Virus record (IMG/VR): IMGVR_UViG_3300005286_000037
Span: 1-46,340 of that record
Length of the DNA stretch: 46,340 nt
Direction: 5' to 3' (one strand)
DNA from: a virus
Lineage: Duplodnaviria; Caudoviricetes
Shown here: positions 35,521-43,927 of the stretch, piece after piece
How positions within the stretch are numbered: the first letter of the stretch is position 1
Layout of the letters: every line of letters begins with the position of its first letter
The notes under the pieces: model-generated
What the model saw: the letters and a program-made list of their open reading frames with translations, nothing else
What the model was told of the DNA's origin: nothing
Databases searched by the model: none
Program-made: the position numbers and the translations under genes

Positions 35521-35834
35521 CACACCGGCTCCCCCACAGGAGCGCCAGTCAGGTGATGGCGGAATAGCTCTACGTCTTGCTCTTGGGTCTTGGAGATGAG
35601 GGGACGGAAGCAAATGAGCGGGTAGCAACGCTCAGCGCGGCCATTGTCCAGATCGATCACGGGGTTAACGATCTCAGCGAGGCGCACCAACACTGAGCCT
35701 TCATAAAGAACCACATCCCGGATTGTGTAGACGTGATGAAGAGACGGCGCCGCGATACCGCGCCAGTCTGGCTTGGCCCAAGACGGCACACCCACAAAGA
35801 CGCACTTCACCCCCGGACGCGCCCAGCTGCTCAT
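35520..35834 (-). CDS. Hypothetical phage protein
   Basis: PGVKCVFV, VYTIRDV, VRLAEIVNP, CFRPL. Confidence 0.65.
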   Translation of the reverse strand: MSSWARPGVKCVFVGVPSWAKPDWRGIAAPSLHHVYTIRDVVLYEGSVLVRLAEIVNPVIDLDNGRAERCYPLICFRPLISKTQEQDVELFRHHLTGAPVGEPV

Positions 35835-36067
35835 GCTGCACCCCCGAACAGAATGGTCAGGCCATGCCATGCGAGGATCACCAGACCCCAAGAGGCAGCG
35901 GCAAGAATTGCGACCAGCGCCAGGTTCCAGAAAAATACGGTGGTGTGGTGAGCACTCATAGCGCACCTGTCGAAAGCCAAGCGATCAGCACAGCAGCCAC
36001 GGCAAGCCAGAGCACTGCGTCTGAACCGCGAAACGTCACCGTGTATTTGCGGGAGAGAGAGCGCATG

Positions 36068-36352
36068 TTAGGCGGCCTCCGCACTTTTATTTTCTTCGTT
36101 CAGATTCAGCCCGAGCATGTCGGCATAGGCCGTAGTGAACTCGCCTTTCTCGACCAGCTTGCGAACGCGATCCTTGCCGTCTTGCTCGTCTTGGATTTGC
36201 GCTTTGATCAGCGCCTTGACTGCGGACCATTCGAGGCCCTTGGCGGTCGCTGCCTCACGGAAACCCTTGATGACCTCGGCAAGCTCAAGCTGCTGCTCGA
36301 CATAGGGTCGGGCTTCGGCCCAGATTTCACGAAGGGCATTGAGTGTGGACAT
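36068..36352 (-). CDS. GapR (DUF2312)-like DNA-binding protein, divergent
   Basis: ELAEVIKGFREAATAKGLEWSAVKALIK..QD...AYADMLG follows the GapR helix pattern. Confidence 0.6.
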   Translation of the reverse strand: MSTLNALREIWAEARPYVEQQLELAEVIKGFREAATAKGLEWSAVKALIKAQIQDEQDGKDRVRKLVEKGEFTTAYADMLGLNLNEENKSAEAA

Positions 36353-36586
36353 TCACGCCTCCACCGTTCGGCAGCCGGCAGCAGCATCGAACTTGCGACG
36401 GCAATTGACCGCCTGTTCAACCGTGCCGGTCCATGCGTGTTTGGGATTGTCTGTGAGGAACTGGCCAGACCAATGAAGGTACTGGTTCCCTGCCCTGAGA
36501 CGGACGCGGTTGCCTTCGCCCCGAGCAGTTACCCGGAATTGCTGGTCGGCATTGGAGATGCGGGACATGACAGGATCGGTGATCAT
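36353..36586 (-). CDS. Hypothetical protein
   Basis: ATGA overlap with cro. Confidence 0.6.
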   Translation of the reverse strand: MITDPVMSRISNADQQFRVTARGEGNRVRLRAGNQYLHWSGQFLTDNPKHAWTGTVEQAVNCRRKFDAAAGCRTVEA

Positions 36587-36801
36587 GCTGTGACCCTCTC
36601 ATCTTCAGATGGGCCCGGTGACCTTGCTGCCGCGCGCCGCGCCAACTTCTCCAAGATCACCTTTGCCGAGCTATTAGGGGCGATTTTCCCCCTCTCCCAG
36701 CGACTAACCGTGGACACATCAACGCCCGTTGCGGCGGCCAGCTTCTGCCGGTTCCAGCCAAGGGCTTTACGAATGGCTTTAATGGGGTGATCTGTTTCCA
36801 T
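36583..36801 (-). CDS. cro: Cro-like XRE HTH protein
   Basis: IKAIRKALGWNRQKLAAATGVDVSTVSRWERG; divergent from the repressor. Confidence 0.88.
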   Translation of the reverse strand: METDHPIKAIRKALGWNRQKLAAATGVDVSTVSRWERGKIAPNSSAKVILEKLARRAAARSPGPSEDERVTA

Positions 36802-36809
36802 GATCGAAA

Positions 36810-36872
36810 TATATGCATAATGCACAGACGCCGGTCAAGTCGTATTGCACATATCGTCCGTGCAAAATGCAC
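36810..36872. promoter_or_regulatory. OR/PR switch region
   Basis: Operators TGCATAATGCA (36814-24) and TGCAAAATGCA (36861-71); minus-strand promoter TTGACC-N17-CATATA (36838-36810). Confidence 0.8.
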
Positions 36873-36874
36873 CA

Positions 36875-37474
36875 ATGATCGATACCCGGCCCGACTACGC
36901 TCAACGACTGGAACAAGCACGCAAGAAGCGAGGCTTCACCTCAGCTCGCGCCGCGTCTGAGTTTTTCGGATGGGTCTATGAGACGTATATCCAGCACGAG
37001 CAGGGCATCCGGGGCATCTCGCGGGCAGCTGGCAAATACGCAAAAGCTTTCCGAGTTAGCGAGGCATGGCTGCTCACTGGTGAAGGTCAGCCAGGATCAG
37101 ATCTGATAGTGCCTCACCTCTCATGGGTGAGCGCCGGCACAATGACGCGAGACGACATTGCCGATGAGGCTATAGGCACAATCGAGGTGGCGGGCCTGCC
37201 ACCCGGCGACTGGTTCGCGCTCACGGTGCATGGCACGAGCATGGACCGCATATCCCCGCCGGAGAGCATTATCTTTGTGAACCGCAAGGATAAGCAACTG
37301 GTCGCCAACGCCTGCTACATCATCGATGACGGAGAAGGTAACGCGACCTACAAACGGTATCGGCCAAACCCCATGCGGTTCGAGCCAGTATCGACCGAAC
37401 AGCACGACACCCTATTCCCTGACAATGAGCCTACTGTCATAGGCCGCGTCGGCCTGTCGATGATCAGGATGTAG
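36875..37474 (+). CDS. cI: CI-like repressor with S24 autopeptidase
   Basis: N-terminal HTH, WLLTGEG, VSAG cleavage site, catalytic Ser (GTSM) and Lys (TYKR). Confidence 0.93.
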   Translation: MIDTRPDYAQRLEQARKKRGFTSARAASEFFGWVYETYIQHEQGIRGISRAAGKYAKAFRVSEAWLLTGEGQPGSDLIVPHLSWVSAGTMTRDDIADEAIGTIEVAGLPPGDWFALTVHGTSMDRISPPESIIFVNRKDKQLVANACYIIDDGEGNATYKRYRPNPMRFEPVSTEQHDTLFPDNEPTVIGRVGLSMIRM

Positions 37475-37578
37475 CGATGACACCCCGCAAGCCCAAACCA
37501 GTGAGGGAGCTGGCTGACCGAGGCTGATGCAGTGCTTGAGGCTATAGGGTGGAAGGATGTCGGGCCGGAGGGGAATGA

Positions 37579-38409
37579 ATGAGCGCCCAAAAGGGCGACA
37601 AAGCCGGGGCAGCCATCTTAATTCTCGTATTTCTTACGATAGCGCTCATCAGCTTCTTTGGAGCTGCGGCGCGATATTATGCTGCCTATCCACCATCCGA
37701 AAATCCAAGCGAGTGGGTGGATAGCCAACACGGGGAGCATGAACCACCAGCCGAGTTCGCCCCGGACTATCATATGTTCGGAGATTCTGCCGCCCAATGG
37801 ATTATGGCGATCTTTACTGTGATTGCCACTGTCGTAAGCGCCATTGCCGTGATGCTGGTTAATAACACCCTGAGCGTTAACCGCGAGGCTTTGAGGGTTG
37901 CTGCAGAGGCGAACAAGAATGCTCGCGAGGTCGGCTTTTCCCAGATACGGGCCTACGTTTCCTTGGTCGACCTGGTGGGCACCACAGATCCCGTAAGCAA
38001 GACCATGGCAATCTCGGTGGGCATCCAGAACAGCGGGCAGACCCCTGCTCATGACGTATCGATCCGGGTATGGCTTGTTCGAACGCAGGAGGATGGAAGA
38101 GATATTCTCACCGCTGGCAGCCGGTCTTTCGACGACCACTCCGATCTCATGCCCGGCGAGAAGCGCCCGATCTATGCCGAGCAAATTTCCTTCTACAATG
38201 TCATAAACGACCCGCTTCAGGCCAACTCTCTCGACGCCTACCTCGACAAGAGAACTGCATACTTCTTGCGCGGCTTCATTCGATACAAAATCGTGGGAGC
38301 AGACTGGCAGCGCGAGACGGCATTCAACTACCGTCTGAGCGGATGGCACAAAAGCCGACCGGTGGCGGTCGTTTTCAGCCGAGAACTGGACGGCAATCGC
38401 CGCACATAG
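37579..38409 (+). CDS. Two-TM membrane protein downstream of cI
   Basis: Two hydrophobic helices, RAYV motif, Ig-like QNSGQTPAHDV domain. Confidence 0.75.
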   Translation: MSAQKGDKAGAAILILVFLTIALISFFGAAARYYAAYPPSENPSEWVDSQHGEHEPPAEFAPDYHMFGDSAAQWIMAIFTVIATVVSAIAVMLVNNTLSVNREALRVAAEANKNAREVGFSQIRAYVSLVDLVGTTDPVSKTMAISVGIQNSGQTPAHDVSIRVWLVRTQEDGRDILTAGSRSFDDHSDLMPGEKRPIYAEQISFYNVINDPLQANSLDAYLDKRTAYFLRGFIRYKIVGADWQRETAFNYRLSGWHKSRPVAVVFSRELDGNRRT

Positions 38410-38433
38410 TGTCAGCAATAGCATCTATTGCAG

Positions 38434-38460
38434 AGCCCCGCTTCGGCGGGGTTTTTCTTT
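38434..38460 (+). terminator. Terminator of the immunity operon
   Basis: CCCCGC-TTCG-GCGGGG-TTTTTCTTT. Confidence 0.9.
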
Positions 38461-38532
38461 GCCCGCTCCGGTCTGAGTTGCCCCGGTTATAGCACCGGCG
38501 ATTCGCTCTGCGCAAGGTCGTTTTGCATGGCA

Positions 38533-38585
38533 TGTGCATTATGCATATTTTTCTACTTGACGCGCATATGCATTACGCACATATT
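38533..38585 (+). promoter_or_regulatory. OL/PL region
   Basis: Operators TGCATTATGCA (38535-45) and TGCATTACGCA (38569-79); promoter TTGACG-N17-CATATT (38557-38585). Confidence 0.82.
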
Positions 38586-38662
38586 CCATCTCAAGCCTAG
38601 AGCACGAAGAAGAGCAGCCCACCCGCTCCGATCTGCTCGGGGAGACAAGATGGAGACGGTAC

Positions 38663-38992
38663 ATGTCCGACCACAGCGAGTTCACCGACCTGATCCCAAT
38701 CGAGCGCCTGACTTCCGGCCTTGAGATCATCATTCCCGGACACGGTTCGGCAGAGGTCTATGACGTCGAGTTCGATGGAGACGGCTACACCGTCACCTAT
38801 TGCTACGATGACCGCTATGGATGGGACGCTCTGGAAACCCATCGCGTAATGCCCGGCGAATGTGTCGAGCATGCCGGCCCCGGCGCGCCTCGCTGGCTTC
38901 GCAGCCGCGCTGCCGTGACGGAAGGCGAGTGGGAAGCGCTTGCTGCCTCCACCTCCACCGCCCCGCTTCTTCCCTGTCTGCACACTCGATAG
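38663..38992 (+). CDS. Hypothetical protein, first gene after PL
   Basis: RBS GGAG; acidic 109 aa. Confidence 0.6.
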   Translation: MSDHSEFTDLIPIERLTSGLEIIIPGHGSAEVYDVEFDGDGYTVTYCYDDRYGWDALETHRVMPGECVEHAGPGAPRWLRSRAAVTEGEWEALAASTSTAPLLPCLHTR

Positions 38993-39006
38993 CTGCGGAG
39001 TGAGCC

Positions 39007-39180
39007 ATGCGGAAGCTCTTTGACACGATCAGGATTTGCGCCTGCCTGTTTATGGCGCGGACCTTTGGCGAGTACCTGCACTCTGGTTGGGACGGGACGG
39101 TCGAATACCACCGTTACGCTTGGCGGGGTGAAGAATGGATAATCCCAAAGGGACCGGCAGAACCCGGACTGTGGCTCTGA
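39007..39180 (+). CDS. 57-aa hypothetical protein (not in ORF track)
   Basis: RBS GGAG; MRKLFDTIRICACLFMARTFGEYLHSGW...; TGATG coupling downstream. Confidence 0.5.
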   Translation: MRKLFDTIRICACLFMARTFGEYLHSGWDGTVEYHRYAWRGEEWIIPKGPAEPGLWL

Positions 39181-39274
39181 TGACCGACTTCCTCCACCAC
39201 CACCCGATCCAATCCCTTTCCCTCCTCATAGCAGGGCTTCTGCCTTTGCTGTGGGTGTTCCCGGAGATGCCGAT

Positions 39275-39493
39275 ATGACCGTGACATTCGACACTAAGCA
39301 GGCTCGCGATGAAATGGTTGAGGCTCTTGCGACAATGTCCGCAACGCCTCGCGAGTTGGCATGGCTCTACGTCCGGGCCGCCTACGAACACTTCGGTCGC
39401 AACATATCACGGACCGCACGAGAACTCGGCATGCACCGCAGGACCGTGCAGCGCATGCTTCAGAGTGGTCGCCCTGCGAGGATCGAGGAATGA
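39275..39493 (+). CDS. Stand-alone RegA/PrrA/ActR-like Fis-type HTH protein
   Basis: W..VRAAYEHFGRNISRTARELGMHRRTVQRML; no receiver domain. Confidence 0.8.
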   Translation: MTVTFDTKQARDEMVEALATMSATPRELAWLYVRAAYEHFGRNISRTARELGMHRRTVQRMLQSGRPARIEE

Positions 39494-39669
39494 CCTCCAC
39501 CCTTGCCATCGAGCAGATCGCCTTCGCCCGCGAGATCCAGCGGCGGGCCAAAGCAGAAATCGAGGTCCAGTCCCACACCCTTCGGACAGCCTCAGAGCAA
39601 ATAGCCCACCTCACAGAACAGCTCACGCAGCCCACGCCCTCGGAGAACCCCAATGAACGCAGTAGCTGA
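39490..39669 (+). CDS. Small hypothetical protein
   Basis: ATGA overlap with the upstream gene. Confidence 0.5.
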   Translation: MTSTLAIEQIAFAREIQRRAKAEIEVQSHTLRTASEQIAHLTEQLTQPTPSENPNERSS

Positions 39670-40513
39670 GAAGAAGGAGGTGCAACCGGTCGAAACGCTG
39701 CCTCTCGCCCCTGTCGCCAGCGAAAGCGCCGCGATCCTGTCTGTGATCGAGCGCATGGCAACTAACCCGGATATCGACCCGGATCGGATCGCGCGGTTCA
39801 TCGCCCTCAAAGAGCGAATGGACAAGGAAGCCGCGCGCAAGGCATTCGCCGCCTCCCTCGCCCTCATGCAAGCCGAGATGCCGGTGATCGAGGAAAACGG
39901 CCGCATCGAAGTCCGCAAGAAGGATGCCAGGACTGGCGATCGCACTGGTGAGATCCAGCAGAGCACTACCTACGCCCTCTGGGAAGACATCAACGAAGCC
40001 ATTCGCCCCGTTCTGAAAGCGCACGGCTTCGCATTGATGTTCCGCACCGGCCAGACGCCGGAAGGCAAGATAACCGTCACCGGCATCTTGAGCCATCGTG
40101 ACGGGCATCAGGAAGAAACCACCATCTCGTTGATGCACGACAGCACCGGCAGCAAGAACGCGGTGCAAGCCATGGGCTCAAGCATCAGCTACGGCAAGCG
40201 CTACACCGCCTCCGCTCTGCTTAACATCACCAGCCGGGGCGAAGACGACGACGGCGAAGCCGGAGGCAAGCTCCTCAGCAAGGCCGACGCCCGCGAACCG
40301 TACAAGGCCATGCAGGACGAATTGGACGCCTGTGCCACCCTTGAACAGCTCCAGGGTCTTTGGACATCGCCGCAGTTCCGGGCCGCCTATGAGCAGCTTC
40401 CGAACGATTGGAAGAAGTTCATCACCGAGCGCAAGGACGAGCTCAAGGCGGCGCTTTCCAAGCCTGACCCGAATTACGTGGCGCCCAGCTTCGACGGCTT
40501 CCCGGCCGAATAA
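39653..40513 (+). CDS. erf: ERF-family ssDNA annealing recombinase
   Basis: YALWEDINEAIRPVL..HG, LSHRDGHQE, QAMGSSISYGKRY, DDDG. Confidence 0.92.
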   Translation: MNAVAEKKEVQPVETLPLAPVASESAAILSVIERMATNPDIDPDRIARFIALKERMDKEAARKAFAASLALMQAEMPVIEENGRIEVRKKDARTGDRTGEIQQSTTYALWEDINEAIRPVLKAHGFALMFRTGQTPEGKITVTGILSHRDGHQEETTISLMHDSTGSKNAVQAMGSSISYGKRYTASALLNITSRGEDDDGEAGGKLLSKADAREPYKAMQDELDACATLEQLQGLWTSPQFRAAYEQLPNDWKKFITERKDELKAALSKPDPNYVAPSFDGFPAE

Positions 40514-40578
40514 CCGAACACCCAACGCAGGGACCCGGAAGGCCTAAGCGAAAGCCTAAACCTTCCGGGAGAGCTTAA

Positions 40579-40758
40579 GTGAACCTCTCCGAGATGGACA
40601 AAGACCTGTCCCGCTATGACGACTTCGAGCAGCTCAGCAATCGCGTCCCCTATTGGGAAAGAAGGCTGAAGCTGACCAAGGACGTAGACCGGGAATCCTT
40701 TGACAACCTGGTTGGCGAACATTCCCGGCGAGTGCTGGGCGTGTTCCGGGCGGGGTGA
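40579..40758 (+). CDS. 59-aa hypothetical protein (not in ORF track)
   Basis: GTG start after GGAGAG; fills the erf-ninB gap. Confidence 0.5.
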   Translation: MNLSEMDKDLSRYDDFEQLSNRVPYWERRLKLTKDVDRESFDNLVGEHSRRVLGVFRAG

Positions 40759-40761
40759 GCG

Positions 40762-41172
40762 ATGAGCCGCGCCCTCGTCATTCTCAACAGCCGTGCCGAC
40801 CGGGAGAAGGTCTGCCGCTGGGCTATGGCCGTGGCTCCGGGAACCCGCGTCGAGTTCAAGGCGGCAAAGCGTACCACGCCTCAGAATGACATGATGTGGG
40901 CGCTCCTGACTGACCTTTCCACTCAGCTCGTCTGGCACGGCAGGCGCCTAACGCCTGACAGTTGGAAGCTGATGATGCTCGACAGCCTGAAGCGGGAATT
41001 GGGCGAGGCGCTTGAAATTGTGCCGAACACGGACGGCACCGGATTCGTCAACCTCAGCACGTCATCTTCCGACCTCTCGAAAGAGGAAATGACGATGCTG
41101 ATCGAGCTGATTTTCAAGTTCGGCGCTGAGCACGGCGTCAAGTTCCAGGATGAGAAGGAGCAAGCGGCATGA
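40762..41172 (+). CDS. ninB: NinB/Orf-family recombination protein
   Basis: KRTTPQNDMMWALLTDLS.Q..W.G, SSSDLSKEEMTMLIELIFKFGAEHGV.F. Confidence 0.9.
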   Translation: MSRALVILNSRADREKVCRWAMAVAPGTRVEFKAAKRTTPQNDMMWALLTDLSTQLVWHGRRLTPDSWKLMMLDSLKRELGEALEIVPNTDGTGFVNLSTSSSDLSKEEMTMLIELIFKFGAEHGVKFQDEKEQAA

Positions 41173-41678
41173 AGGCATTTGCACCGGATCGCCGCAAGAA
41201 GCCAAACCAACCGATGACTCTCGATGTGCTACTTGCCGCCTCCATCCCCGAGCCAAATACGGGATGCTTCATATGGCTTAAGGCCGCGAACAGTACCAGC
41301 GGATACGGGGTCGTCCGTCATGAGAATAGATTGTGGATGGCTCACAGGCTGGCTTATTCGCTGAACCATCAGGTCCAGATCGAACCGCACATCGATATCT
41401 GCCACCGATGCGACAACCGCCTTTGTGTAAATCCCGACCACCTGTTTGCCGGAACGCGCTCCGACAACATGCAGGATTGCAAGCGGAAGGGTCGTTTGTC
41501 GCTGCCAATGCTGACCGGCGAAGCTCTCCCCCAAGCAAAATTGTCCGAACAGGAAGTGCGAGCCATTAGGGCCGATACGCGCGCACGGAGTGCCATCGCT
41601 GAGGATTACGGCGTCCACCGAGATACGATTAAAGCCGTCCAATCCCGCCAGACATGGAGGCATGTTGGTGATGCTTGA
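41169..41678 (+). CDS. HNH homing-endonuclease-like protein
   Basis: GCFIW, GYG, AHRLAY, ICHRCDNRLCVNPDHLFAGT..DNMQD...KGR. Confidence 0.92.
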   Translation: MKAFAPDRRKKPNQPMTLDVLLAASIPEPNTGCFIWLKAANSTSGYGVVRHENRLWMAHRLAYSLNHQVQIEPHIDICHRCDNRLCVNPDHLFAGTRSDNMQDCKRKGRLSLPMLTGEALPQAKLSEQEVRAIRADTRARSAIAEDYGVHRDTIKAVQSRQTWRHVGDA

Positions 41679-42063
41679 GCTGGTGCCCCACACCAAGCGC
41701 AGGAGCATGACCAAGGCCCGCGCTGCCCGCATCTTCCTCGCCCACAACGGAAAGTGCTGCAATTGCGGACGGCAAATCAAGCAGGGCGAAGCATGGTTCA
41801 TCGAGCACCCTATCCCGCTCGCTCAGGGCGGGGCAGACGACGATACGAACACCGCTCCTGCCCATACCAAGTGCAAGCCCGCAAAGGACGCCACAGACGC
41901 GGCCAGTAAGGCCAAGCGCGACCGTATCGTCACCGCAGGCTGGGACAGGCCGAAGCGCTCCTCCTTCCAATCCAGGGGCTTTGAAAAGCGCCCCAAGCAG
42001 TCGAAAGCATCCTCGCCCATTCCCCCCAAGTTTCCCGGCGACATTCTCGCCAGAAAGGTTTGA
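41671..42063 (+). CDS. HNH nuclease (zinc-binding, nin-type)
   Basis: CCNCG, EHPIPLAQGGADDDTN..PAH.KC. Confidence 0.8.
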   Translation: MLELVPHTKRRSMTKARAARIFLAHNGKCCNCGRQIKQGEAWFIEHPIPLAQGGADDDTNTAPAHTKCKPAKDATDAASKAKRDRIVTAGWDRPKRSSFQSRGFEKRPKQSKASSPIPPKFPGDILARKV

Positions 42064-42869
42064 GCATGACCACCATCTCTGATGAACGGCTGGACCCAGA
42101 GGGCGTACTTGCTGCTCTGGAGGCGCACAAGGCGCACAAGATGGACCCAGGGCGTAAGGGTTGCGGCATCGAAAAGGCAATCCGCGCATACCTCAATACC
42201 GCCCAATCCCTCCGCGCACAGGGTGGGGTGAGGGTGAAGCCGCTGGAATGGACAGGCGAGGAAGGCGGCCCCGGTAAAGACATTCGCGCGGTCGTCACCC
42301 CGTTCATGACCTACACCGTGCGTCACCTCGACATGGACACCTTCGATGTAATTCTGTCGACAGACACCGGACAGAAGTGGTTCCGCCACGACAACGAAAT
42401 CCATGCGTCGTATGCACAAGCCAAAGCTGCCGCCCAAGCCGATTACGAGCGCCGCGCCCTCTCCTCCCTCGAAGCATCACCCGCTCCTGTGAGTGAGCAC
42501 CCTGACGACATGGCCGTGGACCGTTTCGCTGCCGCCATGAAGGCCAAACTCGCCAAGAAGCGCGAGGAAGGCCGCGGCGGATGGGAGAACCGGGACGAGT
42601 GCTCTACCGCGTTCCTGTCTGGCTTGCTGCGCGAGCATGTCGAAAAGGGCGATCCGCTCGACGTCGGCAATCTCGCCATGATGCTGCACCAGCGAGGGGA
42701 CGCCATAGCACCCGCTCCTGTGAGTGAGGAGATGACGCTGGACGACGAAGAACTCGACACCATCCTTGCGATTGGCCGCAACGAGCAGAGCGGTCGCGTC
42801 ACGAACTACGAGTTGAAGGAATTGGTTCGGGTGTACCGCGCCGCCCTCGCAGCAAAGGGAGGGCAGTGA
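42060..42869 (+). CDS. Mosaic accessory protein (Ead/Ea22-like region)
   Basis: VRVKPLEW...AKAAAQADYE module plus DDMAVDRFAAAMKAKLAKKR.EGRGGW...KGDPLDVGNLAMML module. Confidence 0.75.
   Translation: MSMTTISDERLDPEGVLAALEAHKAHKMDPGRKGCGIEKAIRAYLNTAQSLRAQGGVRVKPLEWTGEEGGPGKDIRAVVTPFMTYTVRHLDMDTFDVILSTDTGQKWFRHDNEIHASYAQAKAAAQADYERRALSSLEASPAPVSEHPDDMAVDRFAAAMKAKLAKKREEGRGGWENRDECSTAFLSGLLREHVEKGDPLDVGNLAMMLHQRGDAIAPAPVSEEMTLDDEELDTILAIGRNEQSGRVTNYELKELVRVYRAALAAKGGQ
42478..42728 (+). repeat. 20-bp direct repeats CACCCGCTCCTGTGAGTGAG
   Basis: Exact copies at 42478-42497 and 42709-42728, 231 bp apart (in frame). Confidence 0.9.
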
Positions 42870-42872
42870 GAA

Positions 42873-43100
42873 ATGGCGAGTGCAGAAACCCACAACAAAC
42901 TCGCCCGCGATTTCGTGACGATGGCGGGCACTAAGACGAACAATCAGGACGAGCTTCTGGTTGTCGTAGAGAGCGCCATCCTTGCGTCGATGCACCTCAT
43001 GGTTCGGATGTATGGCGTCAAGCCAGCTCATGCATCTGTGCTGATGGAGGCATGTTTACAGAACGCGACGGAACGTTTTTCTGAGGCCCAACATGGCTAG
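42873..43100 (+). CDS. Hypothetical protein
   Basis: Tightly packed early-arm gene. Confidence 0.6.
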   Translation: MASAETHNKLARDFVTMAGTKTNNQDELLVVVESAILASMHLMVRMYGVKPAHASVLMEACLQNATERFSEAQHG

Positions 43101-43359
43101 ATCGGCACGACTACACATTCGCGGCTTCGAGTTCATGCATCGTAATAGCGCGGGCGAAATGGTGCTTGTCTCGCATCACCCTCGTGGCAGTGCGACTTGG
43201 CACTGGTCGGTCGTGTTCGCCAAGGGAGGCGGAAATACTCTAATCAGCCGCGCAGCAGATCGTCAGGGCCAGTGGCACGACTATTACCGGCTGCCGTTCG
43301 GATACTCGATCATTGTCAGCCAACAGGACTGGCACAGGAGCCCCACCCATGAGCAGTGA
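43093..43359 (+). CDS. Hypothetical protein
   Basis: Overlaps both neighbours. Confidence 0.55.
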   Translation: MARSARLHIRGFEFMHRNSAGEMVLVSHHPRGSATWHWSVVFAKGGGNTLISRAADRQGQWHDYYRLPFGYSIIVSQQDWHRSPTHEQ

Positions 43360-43927
43360 TAAAGCACTGGAAGCGGCGCTGGAGGCGTGGTTCGCCAACA
43401 CCACCAAGGGATGGTCGGAAGCAATGCAATCCGCCATCTCTGCCTATCTCTCCGCACTACCAGGAGAGGCGGAAGTGGTGGCGTGGAAGGTCTCCGCAAT
43501 GGACCGTCTAGACCAGTTCTTCGAAATTGAGGGGGAGGCTGACCAGTGGGCAAACTCCCCTGGGGTTTTTGACAGTGTTGTTGAACCCCTCGTCACCCTC
43601 GCCTCTCTCCAAGCCATGCAGGTCCGCGCAGAGAAGGCGGAGAGGGAAAGGGATCACTGGAAGGCAAACCATGCCGAGATGGTGCAGCGGAATGCTGTTT
43701 TGCGCGAACGGCCAGACTTGCCCGCTGACCGGCTCCCGTCCATCGCCCGCTATGAGGCCCGTGTGAAGGAACTGGAGGAGGCGCTGGAGCCGTTTGCGAG
43801 GGCAGCGGACTTCATAGAGCGGGACTACGGGGCAGACACTCCCGACGCGCAGATGCAGTTCCCTCAAATTACGATGCGGGAACTCCGCCGTGCCCGCACC
43901 GCCCTCAAAGGAGGCTCCAATGGTTAG
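43349..43927 (+). CDS. Mosaic accessory protein with coiled coil
   Basis: AEKAERERDHWKANH...LRERPDLP, LEEALEPFA, RRARTAL modules; RBS AGGAG. Confidence 0.7.
   Translation: MSSDKALEAALEAWFANTTKGWSEAMQSAISAYLSALPGEAEVVAWKVSAMDRLDQFFEIEGEADQWANSPGVFDSVVEPLVTLASLQAMQVRAEKAERERDHWKANHAEMVQRNAVLRERPDLPADRLPSIARYEARVKELEEALEPFARAADFIERDYGADTPDAQMQFPQITMRELRRARTALKGGSNG

Noticed and set aside
35723-36790. 355-aa ORF on + strand
   Set aside because: Runs opposite several well-supported small genes (cro, GapR-like); no recognisable domain.
37618-38424. 268-aa ORF on - strand
   Set aside because: Shadow of the + strand membrane gene, which has the RBS, TM pattern and terminator.
40525-40570. c-di-GMP-I riboswitch (GAAA loop, CCTAAAC)
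   Set aside because: Only one hairpin is present; the two-arm junction and conserved core are missing.
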